Notes under the pieces: model-generated | The model's database searches: none | What the model saw: only the letters and a program-made list of their open reading frames with translations | Told to the model about the DNA's origin: nothing | Shown here: piece by piece, positions 35,978 to 46,556 of the stretch | Layout: each line of letters starts with the position of its first letter | Position numbering within the stretch: position 1 is the stretch's first letter | Origin: Candidatus Palauibacter scopulicola | Lineage (GTDB): Bacteria > Gemmatimonadota > Gemmatimonadetes > Palauibacterales > Palauibacteraceae | Length of the DNA stretch: 64,000 bases | Reading direction: 5' to 3' | NCBI RefSeq assembly: GCF_947581915.1 | Contig: NZ_CANPWG010000014.1 | Coordinates: 7,769 to 71,768, forward strand | Translations under genes and position numbers: made by a program

Positions 35978-37098
35978 CAGCGCAGCTCCTTCCGCCACGC
36001 GTCGCGTCGCCGCATGTCGTCCGGGTACCCGTCCGAATACACGTAGCGATAGAGCGCTTCCGAATCGGGGAAGGGGCTCCGGTCCGCAAACGCCGCGGAC
36101 TCCTCGGCGATCTCCTTCGCCTCGCGGTCGATCGCCTGGTACTCCTCCTCCGTCAGCCGCCCCGCGTCCATGAGCTTCCGGGTGAAGGAGAGGATCGGGT
36201 CATCCGACCGCCACTTCTCGACTTCCTCGCGCGTCCGGTACGTCCCGTGCATCGGGTCCGCCATCGAGTGGCCCATGTAGCGGAAGCAGCGCGCCTCGAT
36301 GAAGCTGGGCGTCTTCTCGTTCCGCCCCCGCTCGATCGCCTCCTCCATGGCCTGGCGGACGGCGAGCACATCCATGCCGTCCACGTCCAGCGAGGTGAGG
36401 CCCTCGTAGGCCCGGCCCCGGTCCTTGAGTTCCTTCACGGCCGCCACCCGCCGGTAGTCGGTCCCCATCCCGTAGCGGTTGTTCTCGAGAAGGAAGATGA
36501 CTGGCAGCTTCCAGCGCGCGGCCATGTTCAACGACTCGTGGAAGGCGCCGATGTTGACCACGGAGTCGCCGAAGAAGCAGAGGCAGACCTGGTCTCCGCC
36601 CCGGTAGCGGATCGCGTAGCCGACCCCGATCGCAAGCGGCAGGTGGCTCCCGACGATGCCGTGTCCGCCCATGAAGTTGAGCGACTTGTCGAACATGTGC
36701 ATCGAGCCGCCGAAGCCCTTCGAGCAGCCGTCCACGCGTCCGTAGAGTTCGGCCATGACGGCGTTCGGCGTCATGCCGCGCGCGATCGCCTGCGTGTGGT
36801 CGCGATACGCGGTGATCACGTAGTCGTCGTCCCGCAGCGGCGAAATCGACCCCGCCGAGACGGCCTCCTGCCCAATGTAGAGATGGCAGAAACCGCCGAT
36901 CTTGCCGACCTGGTAGACCTCCGCCGCTTTCTCCTCGAACCGGCGCTCGATGATCATCTCCCGCAGGAGTGCCACGCACTCCTCCTTCGAGAGTCCGAGG
37001 AACGCGTCGGGGTCTTCGCCCGATCCCCCGCCGGGGGCTCCCGCCGCCGGAGCGTCGGATACGGTGGCCGTGGACCGGCCGGGGTTCGCCGCGCTCAT
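35977..37098 (-). CDS. pdhA: pyruvate dehydrogenase E1 alpha subunit (TPP-binding)
   Basis: TPP motif GDSVVNIGAFHESLNMAARWKLPVIFLLENN (G-D-x25-30-N). The stop overlaps the lipA stop/start region by 4 nt. Confidence 0.85.
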   Translation of the reverse strand: MSAANPGRSTATVSDAPAAGAPGGGSGEDPDAFLGLSKEECVALLREMIIERRFEEKAAEVYQVGKIGGFCHLYIGQEAVSAGSISPLRDDDYVITAYRDHTQAIARGMTPNAVMAELYGRVDGCSKGFGGSMHMFDKSLNFMGGHGIVGSHLPLAIGVGYAIRYRGGDQVCLCFFGDSVVNIGAFHESLNMAARWKLPVIFLLENNRYGMGTDYRRVAAVKELKDRGRAYEGLTSLDVDGMDVLAVRQAMEEAIERGRNEKTPSFIEARCFRYMGHSMADPMHGTYRTREEVEKWRSDDPILSFTRKLMDAGRLTEEEYQAIDREAKEIAEESAAFADRSPFPDSEALYRYVYSDGYPDDMRRRDAWRKELR

Positions 37099-38024
37099 CC
37101 GGCCGCCAGCGCCGCGACCCTCCGGCGCAGTTCGACGACCTGCTCGCGCGCGTGATAGCTGGACCGAACCAGCGGCCCGCTCTCGACGTGCAGGAACCCT
37201 CGCGATTCCCCGATCTCCTTCCAGTTCATGAACTCCTCCGGGGACACGTAGCGGTCGATCGGAAGATGGTCCGGCGATGGCCTCAGGTACTGCCCCAGCG
37301 TGAGGATCTGTACGCCGGCTTCGAGCGCGTCTCCCATGAACTCGTCGATGTCGGCGGACGTCTCTCCGAGCCCGAGCATGATCCCCGTCTTGACGAGGAC
37401 CTGGTCGTCAAGCTGCCGGCCCGTGTTGAGGACGTTCAGGGAGCGCTCGTAGCGGCCGCCCGGCCGGGCGACCCGGTGCAGCCGGCGCACGGTCTCCATG
37501 TTGTGGTTGAAGATCTCAGGGCTCGCGGCGATCACGGTGCGGATCGCCTCGGGATTCCCCCGGAAGTCCGGTGTCAGAACCTCGATCGAACACTCGGGAC
37601 GGCGCGACCGGATCTCGCGGATCATCTCGGCGAAGATCCAGGCGCCGCCATCGGGCAGGTCGTCGCGGTCGACGGACGTGATGACGCAGTGGTTGAGTTG
37701 CAACCGCTCGATGGCCTCCGCGACGCGCCGCGGCTCGTCTTCGTCGAGTTCCTCCGGCCGGCCGTGCGCGATCGCGCAGTAGGGGCAGTTGCGCGTGCAC
37801 ACGTCGCCCATGATGAGGAACGTCGCCGTGCCCGCCTCCCAGCACTCGCCGATGTTGGGGCACTGGGCCTCCTCGCAGACCGAGCTGAGCTCGAGCCCCC
37901 GCATCAGTTCCTTGAGGCGCATGTAGTTGGGCCCTCCGGGCGCCCGCACCTTCAGCCATCGCGGCTTCCGCGAAGGCCAGGCATCGGCCGTGCTACCTCC
38001 CTGTATGACCTCGAGTGGCTTCAA
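37095..38024 (-). CDS. lipA: lipoyl synthase LipA (radical SAM)
   Basis: KPRWLKV...CEEAQCPNIGEC (auxiliary cluster) and CTRNCPYC (radical-SAM CxxxCxxC). Start assigned to TTG at 38022-38024 (MKPLEVIQGG...) preceded by GAGAAGG, which gives 309 aa. The longer 484-aa ORF has a non-homologous N-terminus. Confidence 0.8.
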   Translation of the reverse strand: MKPLEVIQGGSTADAWPSRKPRWLKVRAPGGPNYMRLKELMRGLELSSVCEEAQCPNIGECWEAGTATFLIMGDVCTRNCPYCAIAHGRPEELDEDEPRRVAEAIERLQLNHCVITSVDRDDLPDGGAWIFAEMIREIRSRRPECSIEVLTPDFRGNPEAIRTVIAASPEIFNHNMETVRRLHRVARPGGRYERSLNVLNTGRQLDDQVLVKTGIMLGLGETSADIDEFMGDALEAGVQILTLGQYLRPSPDHLPIDRYVSPEEFMNWKEIGESRGFLHVESGPLVRSSYHAREQVVELRRRVAALAAG

Positions 38025-38219
38025 GACTGCCGCCTTCTCGCTGTGTGACCCGGACTGCGTTTCCGTGTCCTGCGCACCGCGCCGCTGCGTCCGCGTGCCG
38101 TCCGCCCGGAACCCTCCAAGATACCGGCTGTTGCACGACGGACCAACCCGCTGCGCCCCACCCGTACAGGGGGGATGGCGGAATTGCTCAGCCCTCGGGC
38201 CTCGGGTATCTTCCCGCGC

Positions 38220-38468
<249 letters not shown>

Positions 38469-38505
38469 ACCCGGCGTGAGCCGACCGCCGAGGCGATCCG
38501 CCGCG

Positions 38506-39663
38506 ATGCGGAACCGGTGTCCGCGCGGCCTGTCGGCGCCGCGCATCATGAGCCTCGGCCTCCTGCTGTTGCCGCACCCGCTCTCGTCGCGCGAGCCCGC
38601 GCCGCATGTTCAGACGCCGGACACCCCCGCCGCGCAGGAACACGCCCACGGAGCCTCGATGCCCGCCGGCGACCCGGGCCCGCCGCGCCTGCCTGCCGCG
38701 AGCCCGCTCATCGACGTGCGGGTGCCCGCGGGCGAGCGCGAGTTCGAGATCGTCGTCGGCCCCGTGTCGCTGCCGGCCGGCGGTCCGCACCTCCGGCCCC
38801 CGGTGCAACTCGCGGAGCTGCCCGTCGCCGGCTGGATGCACGGCTTCTCGTGGCGGATGAGGGACCGCGCGGGCAACCCGCTCCCCGACCGCCTTCTCCA
38901 TCACGTCAACGTCATCGACCCCGACAGCCGCGAACTCTTCTCCGCCGTCCCGCGCCGCATTCTCGCCGCGGGCCGCGAGACGAAGAACGAGTTGCTGCCG
39001 GGCGTGCTGGGCGTTCCCCTCGCGCCGGGCGGCCGGGTCCTCGTGAGCGCGATGTTCGCCCCGCTCCCCGACGCGTCGCACGAGGAAGCCTTCCTGCACA
39101 TCCGGCTTCCGTATACGCCGTTCGATGATCCGGGCCTCGTCGAGCCCGTGGACGTGTATCCGTTCTATCTCGACGTGATGGGCCCGGTCGGCGAGAAGGA
39201 GTTTCCGCTTCCGCCCGGGACTCACGGCAGGAGCTGGGAGGGCAGCCCCGCCGTGGACGGGCGGATCCTCGCCGTCGGTGGGCACCTGCACGACTACGGG
39301 GACTGGATTCGGCTCGAGGATGTCACGGCGGGCAGGGTGATCTGGGAGACGGGGCCCGAGGTGGACGGCGAAGGCCGCACCGTCGGCGTGCCCACGAGCC
39401 GGCTCTGGTGGCGGGGGGGCGTGCGGATCCGGAGAGACCACGTCTACCGCATCTCCGTCCAGTACTCGAACCCGCTGCGTCACCCGGCGCCGGACGGTGG
39501 GATGGGCGCCATCGGCGGCATCATCATCGCGGCGGCCGAGGACTGGCCGGAGTTCAGCCGCGAGCACCCGGACTACGTCCAGGATCTTCGCAACACCCTC
39601 GAGAAACCGAACGAGTCCGCCCACGCCCGCGGCCATGCATCCGGCTCGGAAGGCGGCGGCTAA
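38506..39663 (+). CDS. exported hypothetical protein (about 385 aa) with His-containing motifs
   Basis: The in-frame part of ORF 38260..39663 that does not overlap the ferredoxin. N-terminal hydrophobic segment ([14 protein letters not shown]). Motifs [11 protein letters not shown] and [10 protein letters not shown]. No family recognised. Confidence 0.5.
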   Translation: MRNRCPRGLSAPRIMSLGLLLLPHPLSSREPAPHVQTPDTPAAQEHAHGASMPAGDPGPPRLPAASPLIDVRVPAGEREFEIVVGPVSLPAGGPHLRPPVQLAELPVAGWMHGFSWRMRDRAGNPLPDRLLHHVNVIDPDSRELFSAVPRRILAAGRETKNELLPGVLGVPLAPGGRVLVSAMFAPLPDASHEEAFLHIRLPYTPFDDPGLVEPVDVYPFYLDVMGPVGEKEFPLPPGTHGRSWEGSPAVDGRILAVGGHLHDYGDWIRLEDVTAGRVIWETGPEVDGEGRTVGVPTSRLWWRGGVRIRRDHVYRISVQYSNPLRHPAPDGGMGAIGGIIIAAAEDWPEFSREHPDYVQDLRNTLEKPNESAHARGHASGSEGGG

Positions 39664-39668
39664 TCGCA

Positions 39669-40610
39669 GTGCCCGAACTGCCCGACATCACGGTGTACCT
39701 GGAAGGGCTGGAGACGCGCGTCCTCGGGCGCACGCTGGAGCGGGTGCGGCTCGGCAGTCCCTTCCTGCTCCGGAGCGTCGATCCGCCCCTGACCGAGGCG
39801 CACGGCCGCCGGGTCGTGGCCCTCCGTCGGCTGGGGAAGCGAATCGCGATCGGACTCGCGCTCCCGGAGGACCGGGAGGACGAACCGGAGCTGTGGCTCG
39901 TCCTCCACCTCATGATCGCGGGCCGGCTCCGGTGGCGGGATCCCGGCGTGAAGATTCCGCGGCGACTCGGTCTCGCCGCCTTCGACTTCGCCGAGGGGAG
40001 CCTCCTGCTCACGGAGGCAGGGACGAAGAAACGGGCGTCGCTCCACGTCGTGAAGGGCGCCGAGGCGCTCGCCCGGCACGACCCCGGCGGCATCGATCCC
40101 CTCACCGCGGACCCGGCCGCCTTCCGCGAGACGCTCACGGCCCGCAACCACACGCTCAAGCGCGCGCTCACGGATCCGCGGCTCTTCTCGGGCATCGGCA
40201 ACGCGTATTCGGACGAGATCCTGCACCGCGCGAAGCTGTCGCCGATCAAGTGGACGAGCCGGCTCGGCGACGAGGAGATCGACCGGCTCCAGGACGCCGT
40301 GCGCCAAACGCTCGCGCGGTGGACGCGCCGGCTGCGGGACGAGTTGGCGGGGGAGTTTCCGGAGAAGGTGACCGCATTCCACGCCGGGATGGCGGTGCAC
40401 GGAAAATACGGAGAGCCGTGTCCGGACTGCGCGGCGCCGGTGCAGCGGATCCGGTACGCGGACAACGAGACGAACTACTGCGCCGCCTGCCAGACCGGCG
40501 GAAAGGTGGTCGCGGACCGGGCCCTCTCCCGGCTGCTGGGAAAGGACTGGCCCCGCAGCCTGGAAGCGCTCGAGGCGTTGCGGTCAGGAGGCGAGTCTAC
40601 TGCCGAGTGA
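39669..40610 (+). CDS. Fpg/Nei-family DNA glycosylase / AP lyase
   Basis: GTG start giving (M)PELPD with catalytic Pro2. H2TH region [19 protein letters not shown]-terminal zinc finger C-x2-C-x16-C-x2-C (CPDCAAP...YCAACQ). Confidence 0.8.
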   Translation: MPELPDITVYLEGLETRVLGRTLERVRLGSPFLLRSVDPPLTEAHGRRVVALRRLGKRIAIGLALPEDREDEPELWLVLHLMIAGRLRWRDPGVKIPRRLGLAAFDFAEGSLLLTEAGTKKRASLHVVKGAEALARHDPGGIDPLTADPAAFRETLTARNHTLKRALTDPRLFSGIGNAYSDEILHRAKLSPIKWTSRLGDEEIDRLQDAVRQTLARWTRRLRDELAGEFPEKVTAFHAGMAVHGKYGEPCPDCAAPVQRIRYADNETNYCAACQTGGKVVADRALSRLLGKDWPRSLEALEALRSGGESTAE

Positions 40611-40646
40611 CGCCGGCCGCCGCCACGCGACGCCGGCCCCCGCCGA

Positions 40647-42815
40647 CTACCAGGTGGCGAGTTCCACGATCGCTTCGGCGATGTCGTCGACCTGCGGCAG
40701 AGACGCGTTCTCGAGCGAGGGCGCGTAGCCGATGAAGGTGTCCGTCGAGGTGACCCGGCGGATCGGCGCGTCGAGCCACTCGAACAGTTCGTCGGCCAGA
40801 CGGGCCGAGATCTCGGCCCCGTAGCCCCAGGACTTGGCGTCCTCGTAGGCCACGAGCACACGGTTCGTCTTCATCACGGAGCGGCGGATGGCGTCCATGT
40901 CGACCGGGTTCAGCGACCGCAGGTCGATGAGGTCCGCGCCCACCGGCTCTCCGGCGCGGTCCAGCTTCGCGAGCGCCTTGCGCGTGCGCTCCACCATTGC
41001 GCCGTAGGTGACGATCGTGAGATCGTCGCCCTCCGTGACGAGGGCGGCCTTGCCGAAGGGGATCATGTACTCGGGACCCGGATAGACGCCCTTGTTGTAC
41101 GTCTGCCGGTACAGGTGCTTGTGCTCGAGGAAGAGCACCGGATCGTCGCACCGGATCGCGGTCCGCAGGAGCCCGTTCGCGTCCACCGCGTTCGAGGGGC
41201 AGATCACGTGCATGCCGGGCGTGTGCGTGAAGAGCGAGGCGCCCGTCTGCGAATGGTACATCGCGCCGCCCGAGATGTAGCCCCCGTAGGTGGTCCGAAT
41301 GACGAGCGGGCACTTCCAGCGTCCCGCGGAGCGCCAGCGGAAGGTCGCGACCTCGTTCCGGAACTGGTGGTAGGCTGGCCAGATGTAGTCGAAGAACTGG
41401 ACCTCGGCGACCGGCTTCAGCCCGCGCACGGCGAGACCCACGGCGCGTCCGACGATGTTCGCCTCGGCGAGGGGCGCGTTGTACACCCGCAGCGACCCGA
41501 ACTCGCGCTGCAGGCCGTACGTCACCTTGAAGACGCCGCCCTTGCCCTTGACCTCATCGAGGATCTCCTCGCGGCTCGCGTCCGCCACGTCCTGCCCGAA
41601 CACCACGATCTGCGGATCGCGCCGCATCTCGTCGCGGAGGCAGGCGTTGAGCAGGTCGACCATCGTCTTCGGATTCCCCTCGGGGTCGGGCCGTGCCTCC
41701 GTCTCGAAGGCGTTCGACGCGGGGTCGACGTCGGGCGAGTACACGTGCGTGTAGACGGTTGCCGGGTCCGGTTGCGGGCGGGCCATGGCGCGGTCCGCCG
41801 CGTCGGCGACTTCGGCCCTGATCTCCGCCTTGAGCGATTCGAGTGCGCCGGCCTCGATCACGCCTTCCCGAACGAGGTAGTCGGCGAAGGTGGCGAGCGG
41901 GTCGCGCTCGGATTCGACTTCCCGTTCGCTTTCGGACTTGTAGAGCCGCTCATCGTCGGACATCGAGTGGCTGTAGGGCCGGGTGACATGTGCGTGAACG
42001 AGCGCCGGACCGTGGCCGGACCGCACGTATCGCGCGGCGCGCCGCATGACGACGTAGCTCTCGAGCGGGTCCGTCCCGTCGACCTCCTCGATGTGGAGGT
42101 TCGGGTAGTTCCGCACGAGACTCGAGATGCTGCCCCCCGCCGTGTTGACCTCGACGGGCACGGAGATCGCGTAGCCGTTGTCCTCCACGAGGAAGAGGAT
42201 GGGAAGCTGCAGGTTGGAGGCGGTGTTGAGCGCCTCCCAGAACTCTCCTTCCGAGGTCGTGCCGTCCCCCGTGCACACGAGCACGATCTCATCCGCTTCC
42301 ACGTTGGGGGCGACCGCATCGAGTCCGTCGAGGCCGGCGGCCCGGGCGCGGGCGATGCCCTCCGCGCACCCCACTGCCTGGTTGAACTGCGTGCCCGTCG
42401 GGCTCGAAGGCGTGACGAGGTGCAGGTCAGGAGAACCGAAGTGCGCCGGCATCTGCCGTCCGCCGGTCGATGGATCCTCCTCCGCGCCGACCGCGCCGAG
42501 GAACATCTCGTACGGAGTCATGCCGAGTTCGAGACAGAGCGCGCGGTCGCGGTAGTAGGTGAAGAACCAGTCGTGGCCTGCTCTGAGGGCGCGTCCCGCC
42601 GCGACGAGGAGCGCTTCGTGCCCGGCGCCGGAGATCTGGAAGAAGATGCGGTTCTGCCGCTTCATCGCGATTTCGCGGTCGTCGATCGTCCTCGACGTGT
42701 ACATCGTGCGATACATCGCGAGGAGGTCCTCGGCCTGGAGATCCCGCCATTCGGGGCGGGCCAGGGCGCTGAGCGCGCGCTCCAGATCGTCGGTCTGGTC
42801 GATAGGGGTTGCCAT
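40647..42815 (-). CDS. fused alpha/beta E1 component of a TPP-dependent 2-oxoacid dehydrogenase (branched-chain/acetoin-type)
   Basis: N-terminal half resembles E1 alpha (TPP motif [36 protein letters not shown]); C-terminal half resembles E1 beta (transketolase pyrimidine and C-terminal domains). Start at MATPIDQ (42813-42815). Confidence 0.8.
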   Translation of the reverse strand: MATPIDQTDDLERALSALARPEWRDLQAEDLLAMYRTMYTSRTIDDREIAMKRQNRIFFQISGAGHEALLVAAGRALRAGHDWFFTYYRDRALCLELGMTPYEMFLGAVGAEEDPSTGGRQMPAHFGSPDLHLVTPSSPTGTQFNQAVGCAEGIARARAAGLDGLDAVAPNVEADEIVLVCTGDGTTSEGEFWEALNTASNLQLPILFLVEDNGYAISVPVEVNTAGGSISSLVRNYPNLHIEEVDGTDPLESYVVMRRAARYVRSGHGPALVHAHVTRPYSHSMSDDERLYKSESEREVESERDPLATFADYLVREGVIEAGALESLKAEIRAEVADAADRAMARPQPDPATVYTHVYSPDVDPASNAFETEARPDPEGNPKTMVDLLNACLRDEMRRDPQIVVFGQDVADASREEILDEVKGKGGVFKVTYGLQREFGSLRVYNAPLAEANIVGRAVGLAVRGLKPVAEVQFFDYIWPAYHQFRNEVATFRWRSAGRWKCPLVIRTTYGGYISGGAMYHSQTGASLFTHTPGMHVICPSNAVDANGLLRTAIRCDDPVLFLEHKHLYRQTYNKGVYPGPEYMIPFGKAALVTEGDDLTIVTYGAMVERTRKALAKLDRAGEPVGADLIDLRSLNPVDMDAIRRSVMKTNRVLVAYEDAKSWGYGAEISARLADELFEWLDAPIRRVTSTDTFIGYAPSLENASLPQVDDIAEAIVELATW

Positions 42816-42959
42816 GTATGTCCAGCTGATCAGGAAGAGATTCGAGTGCCGGGTCTCCGGGCTCCGGAGACTCGCCACGACTCCGCCTTCGCCTTCCGCA
42901 ACCGCCCCGCCCGAACCGCGACGAAGACCCGGCGGGGAATCTAATCGTCCCTCCCCGGT

Positions 42960-43670
42960 CTAGAAACCGACCTTCCGAAAGCGGCGCAGCCGGGGGAGGA
43001 TCGAAGCGGCGTGGTCCGCGATCGGGTCTCCCTCCCCACTCTCGGGCATGAGCAGGCTCAGCGCGTGCAGCATCGCGACGGCGTAGTCGGAGAATGCCCG
43101 GTAGGGCGGCGCGTGGCGAAACCCCCACGCCCCCGGCGGAAGCAGGAGGAGCCAGCGCAGGTCGCCCGCCAGCTGGGTCAGGTCCCCTTCATCCAGCGCC
43201 AGCTTCGGTTCGCCCATGGCCAGCCGCGTCAGCGCGCCCATGAAGAGGGCCGACGCCTCCGGCGAGAGGAGCTCGAGGTCGGGGTAGCGCGCCAGCACCC
43301 GCGCCGCGAACGAGGGTTCTTCGCCCGTCGAGGCTCCCGCCTTGGTCTCAAGGCCCTCGGGCGCGGCAAGTCGCTCGGCGATGGTCGTCGGCTCTCCGTC
43401 GCCCAGGATCAGCCATTCGAGGCGAAGGGGAGGGAAGGCGCGCTTCAGCGCCGCCAGGAATTCGGCCCGCGGCCCCGCCCTCGAGGACCCACCGGCCTCC
43501 CGCTCGTAGTTCGAGAGCGTGCCGAGGCTCACGCGGGCGTGCTCGGGCAACTCCGCGTTCACGCGGCCGCGGAAGTCGCGTAGCGACAAGCCCTGAAGAT
43601 CTTTACGGAAGAATCGCAGTCTCGATTGAACGGTGTCCATATATCTGAACATTAGGATTGACGGTTCCAC
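42960..43670 (-). CDS. XRE-family helix-turn-helix transcriptional regulator with uncharacterised C-terminal domain
   Basis: N-terminal LQGLSLRDFRGRVNAELPEHARVSLGTLSNYERE fits the Cro/C1 HTH pattern. Immediately upstream of the fused E1 gene on the same strand. Confidence 0.55.
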   Translation of the reverse strand: MEPSILMFRYMDTVQSRLRFFRKDLQGLSLRDFRGRVNAELPEHARVSLGTLSNYEREAGGSSRAGPRAEFLAALKRAFPPLRLEWLILGDGEPTTIAERLAAPEGLETKAGASTGEEPSFAARVLARYPDLELLSPEASALFMGALTRLAMGEPKLALDEGDLTQLAGDLRWLLLLPPGAWGFRHAPPYRAFSDYAVAMLHALSLLMPESGEGDPIADHAASILPRLRRFRKVGF

Positions 43671-43762
43671 GTTGCAACCGCGCGGAGCCGGTACGTGTTA
43701 CCTTCCTCGACTTGGCGCGCGCAGGTCCATCCTTCACGGTGTTCCTCAAAGGTGTCCGTCAT

Positions 43763-46075
43763 ATGAGCTTCCGAAGAAACCACGGTCTCACCGCTTTCCG
43801 CGCCGACGCTGGATTTGGGCGCGGGGTGCTGAGCTTCGGGGTCGCCTGTCTCATCGCCCTCTTCCTGCCGGCGGCGGAGTTGCGCGCGCAGGACGGTCCG
43901 GCGCAGGGCGGATCGGAAGAGGCGCCGCCCCTTCCGATCGAGGGTCTTGCGGTCCGTACGGCGGAGGCGCCGGCCATCGACGGAGTCCTGGACGATGCGG
44001 CCTGGAACGGGGCCCCGGTGATGACGGACTTCATCCAGCGCGAACCGTTTGACGGGCAGCCGGCGTCCGAACGCACCGAAGTGCGCATGGTGTTCGACGA
44101 CGAGGCGATCTACGTCGGGGTCTGGGCTCTCGACGGGGACCCGGCGGCGATCATCCCCGGGGACCGGATCCGGGACGCCGAGGTCTCCGAGGCCGACCAC
44201 GTGCTGCTCGCGTTCGATACCTACCACGACTTCCAGAACGCGTTCGTGTTCGGGACGACGCCGGCGGGCATCGAGTACGATGGACAGGTCGCCAACGAAG
44301 GCCGCGGCGGCGGCTTCTTCCTGGGGGGCGGCTTCAACACCCAGCGGCGGATGCAGTCGGGCGCCGGCGGAGGCTTCAACAAGAACTGGGACGGCTCCTG
44401 GAACGTCGCGACGAGCCGCGACGGCGAGGGCTGGTACGCCGAGTTCCGGATTCCCTTCAACACGCTCCGTTACGGGACCGATCCGACCTGGGGCTTCAAC
44501 GTCGCCCGTCAGATCCGGCGCCGGAACGAGGAATCCTTCTGGTCCGCGGTCCCCCGCGAGTTCAACCTCTACCGGCTCAACTACGCGGGGAACCTGACGG
44601 GGCTCGAGCTTCCATTCCGGCGTCTCGGCTCGGTCACGCCGTACATGCTCGGTGCGACGGCGCGGGACTACGCGGGCGGGCAGACGGCGTTCGACCAGGA
44701 CTACGATTTCGGCGGCGAGGCCAAGCTCCAGCTTACGCGTGGAATGACGCTCGACGCGACGTACAACACGGACTTCGCGCAGGTGGAGGTCGACGACCAG
44801 CAGGTCAACCTGACGCGCTTCAGCCTGCTATTCCCGGAAAAACGCCCCTTCTTCCTCGAGAACGCGGGTTTCTTCGCAGTCGGCGGTGGCGGGGCGGATC
44901 TCTTCTTCAGCCGCCGAATCGGCATCGCCAACGGACGGCAGGTCCCGATCACCGGCGGCGCCCGCGTCTCCGGGCGCGCGGCCGGGTTCAACGTCGGGAT
45001 GCTCCACATCGGGACGGACGGGATCGAGGGCGTCCAGGGGGCGAACGCGTACTCGGTCGCCCGCGTGGCCCGTGAACTGCCGAACCGGTCGCGGATCGGC
45101 GGGGCCTTCATCAACCGCGACGGGAGCGCGTCCGGCGACTACAACCGGACCTACGCGGTGGATGGACAGCTGGGACTGGGGGAGGCGTGGACGTTGACGG
45201 CGTGGGGGGCGAGGACGGCGACTCCCGGCCTGACGGACGCGGACGGGGCGTTCGACGCGACCTTCGGTCTCACGACCCGCAAGTGGCGGGGGAACCTCCA
45301 GTATCAGCACTTCGGCGAGAACTTCAACCCCGAAGTGGGCTTCCTGCGGCGGACGGGCCACAAGTACTACCAGCTCTTCCTCATGTACAACATCCATCCG
45401 GAGGAGACCTTCCGCGAGATCCGCCCGCACATCTCCTACTTCACCTTCCGGAGCGACAAGACGGGGGTGACGCGGGGGTTCGAGGAGTCGGCCCGGCTCC
45501 ACATCGACAACCACTGGGAGTTCAACGACGGGATGGAGGCCCACACCGGCATGAACTGGAACCGGGAGGGGCTGTACGAGCCGTTCCCGATGCCCGGAAC
45601 GGACATCATCGTGCCCGCGGGGACCTACGACGGGTGGGAGACGCAGCTCCGTTTCTGGACGAACGAATCGGCGAAGGTCTCCTTCCGCAGCGGGGCGAAC
45701 ATCGGCCAGTTCCTGTCGGGTTCGCGCCGCAGCCTGAACGGGACGTTGACCGTGCGGCCGGGCTCCTCGTTCAGTACGTCGCTGCGGCTCGACTACAACA
45801 ATGTGACGTTGGAGGAAGGGGATTTCGTCGCCACGCTGGCCGGGGTGAACCTCGGCTACTTCTTCACGCCGCGGATCTACCTGCAGTCGCTCGTTCAGTA
45901 CTCGACCCAGCTCGACACCTTCTCCGCCAACGTGCGGTTCGGATGGCTCAACACGGCGGGGACCGGCCTGTTCATCGTCTACAACGACATCCAGGGGATC
46001 CAGGATCTGCACGGGCCGCAGGGCCGCTCGCTGATCGTCAAGTTCAGCCGGCAGTTCAACGTCCTCGGGGGCTAG
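43763..46075 (+). CDS. large secreted / outer-membrane protein, tentatively of the DUF5916 family with a CBM9-like N-terminal region
   Basis: Signal peptide (VLSFGVACLIALFLPAAELRAQDG). Family call rests on weak similarity, so confidence for the family is low. Start ATG 43763 inside ORF 43658..46075. Confidence 0.6.
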   Translation: MSFRRNHGLTAFRADAGFGRGVLSFGVACLIALFLPAAELRAQDGPAQGGSEEAPPLPIEGLAVRTAEAPAIDGVLDDAAWNGAPVMTDFIQREPFDGQPASERTEVRMVFDDEAIYVGVWALDGDPAAIIPGDRIRDAEVSEADHVLLAFDTYHDFQNAFVFGTTPAGIEYDGQVANEGRGGGFFLGGGFNTQRRMQSGAGGGFNKNWDGSWNVATSRDGEGWYAEFRIPFNTLRYGTDPTWGFNVARQIRRRNEESFWSAVPREFNLYRLNYAGNLTGLELPFRRLGSVTPYMLGATARDYAGGQTAFDQDYDFGGEAKLQLTRGMTLDATYNTDFAQVEVDDQQVNLTRFSLLFPEKRPFFLENAGFFAVGGGGADLFFSRRIGIANGRQVPITGGARVSGRAAGFNVGMLHIGTDGIEGVQGANAYSVARVARELPNRSRIGGAFINRDGSASGDYNRTYAVDGQLGLGEAWTLTAWGARTATPGLTDADGAFDATFGLTTRKWRGNLQYQHFGENFNPEVGFLRRTGHKYYQLFLMYNIHPEETFREIRPHISYFTFRSDKTGVTRGFEESARLHIDNHWEFNDGMEAHTGMNWNREGLYEPFPMPGTDIIVPAGTYDGWETQLRFWTNESAKVSFRSGANIGQFLSGSRRSLNGTLTVRPGSSFSTSLRLDYNNVTLEEGDFVATLAGVNLGYFFTPRIYLQSLVQYSTQLDTFSANVRFGWLNTAGTGLFIVYNDIQGIQDLHGPQGRSLIVKFSRQFNVLGG

Positions 46076-46115
46076 GGCCACGGCGCCGAATCCGGGCCGG
46101 GCCGGCGGAGAACCC

Positions 46116-46556
46116 GTGGGCCCGCGGCTCCTCTTCGTCTGCGTGGAGAACTCCTGCCGGAGCCAGATGGCGGAGGCCTTCGCCCGCATGCTGGCGGGTG
46201 ACGGTGTACAGGCGTCGAGCGGGGGCTCCCGGCCTTCGGGCGTCGTGAACCCGCGGGCGATCGAATCCATGGCGGAGGTGGGCTACGATCTCGGCGGCCA
46301 CCGGTCGGAGGGGTTGGACGACGTGCCGCCCGGGCCGTTCGATGCGGTCGTCACCATGGGGTGCGGCGACGCGTGTCCGCATGTGTCCGCGCGGCGGCGG
46401 GAGGACTGGGAGGTGAAGGACCCGAAGGACCTGCCCCCGGAGGAGTTCCGCGCGGTCCGGGATGACATTCGCCGGCGCGTGGCCGCATTGCTGGCGGATC
46501 TCGGCGTGGCACCCGGGGCGACGGCGGTGGGGCCCGGACGGCCTCCCGCGGCGTGA
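46116..46556 (+). CDS. arsC: arsenate reductase, LMW-PTP family (thioredoxin-coupled ArsC type)
   Basis: P-loop LFVCVENSCRSQMAEA (CX5R). Second and third Cys in TMGCGDACP, as in B. subtilis ArsC. Confidence 0.7.
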   Translation: MGPRLLFVCVENSCRSQMAEAFARMLAGDGVQASSGGSRPSGVVNPRAIESMAEVGYDLGGHRSEGLDDVPPGPFDAVVTMGCGDACPHVSARRREDWEVKDPKDLPPEEFRAVRDDIRRRVAALLADLGVAPGATAVGPGRPPAA

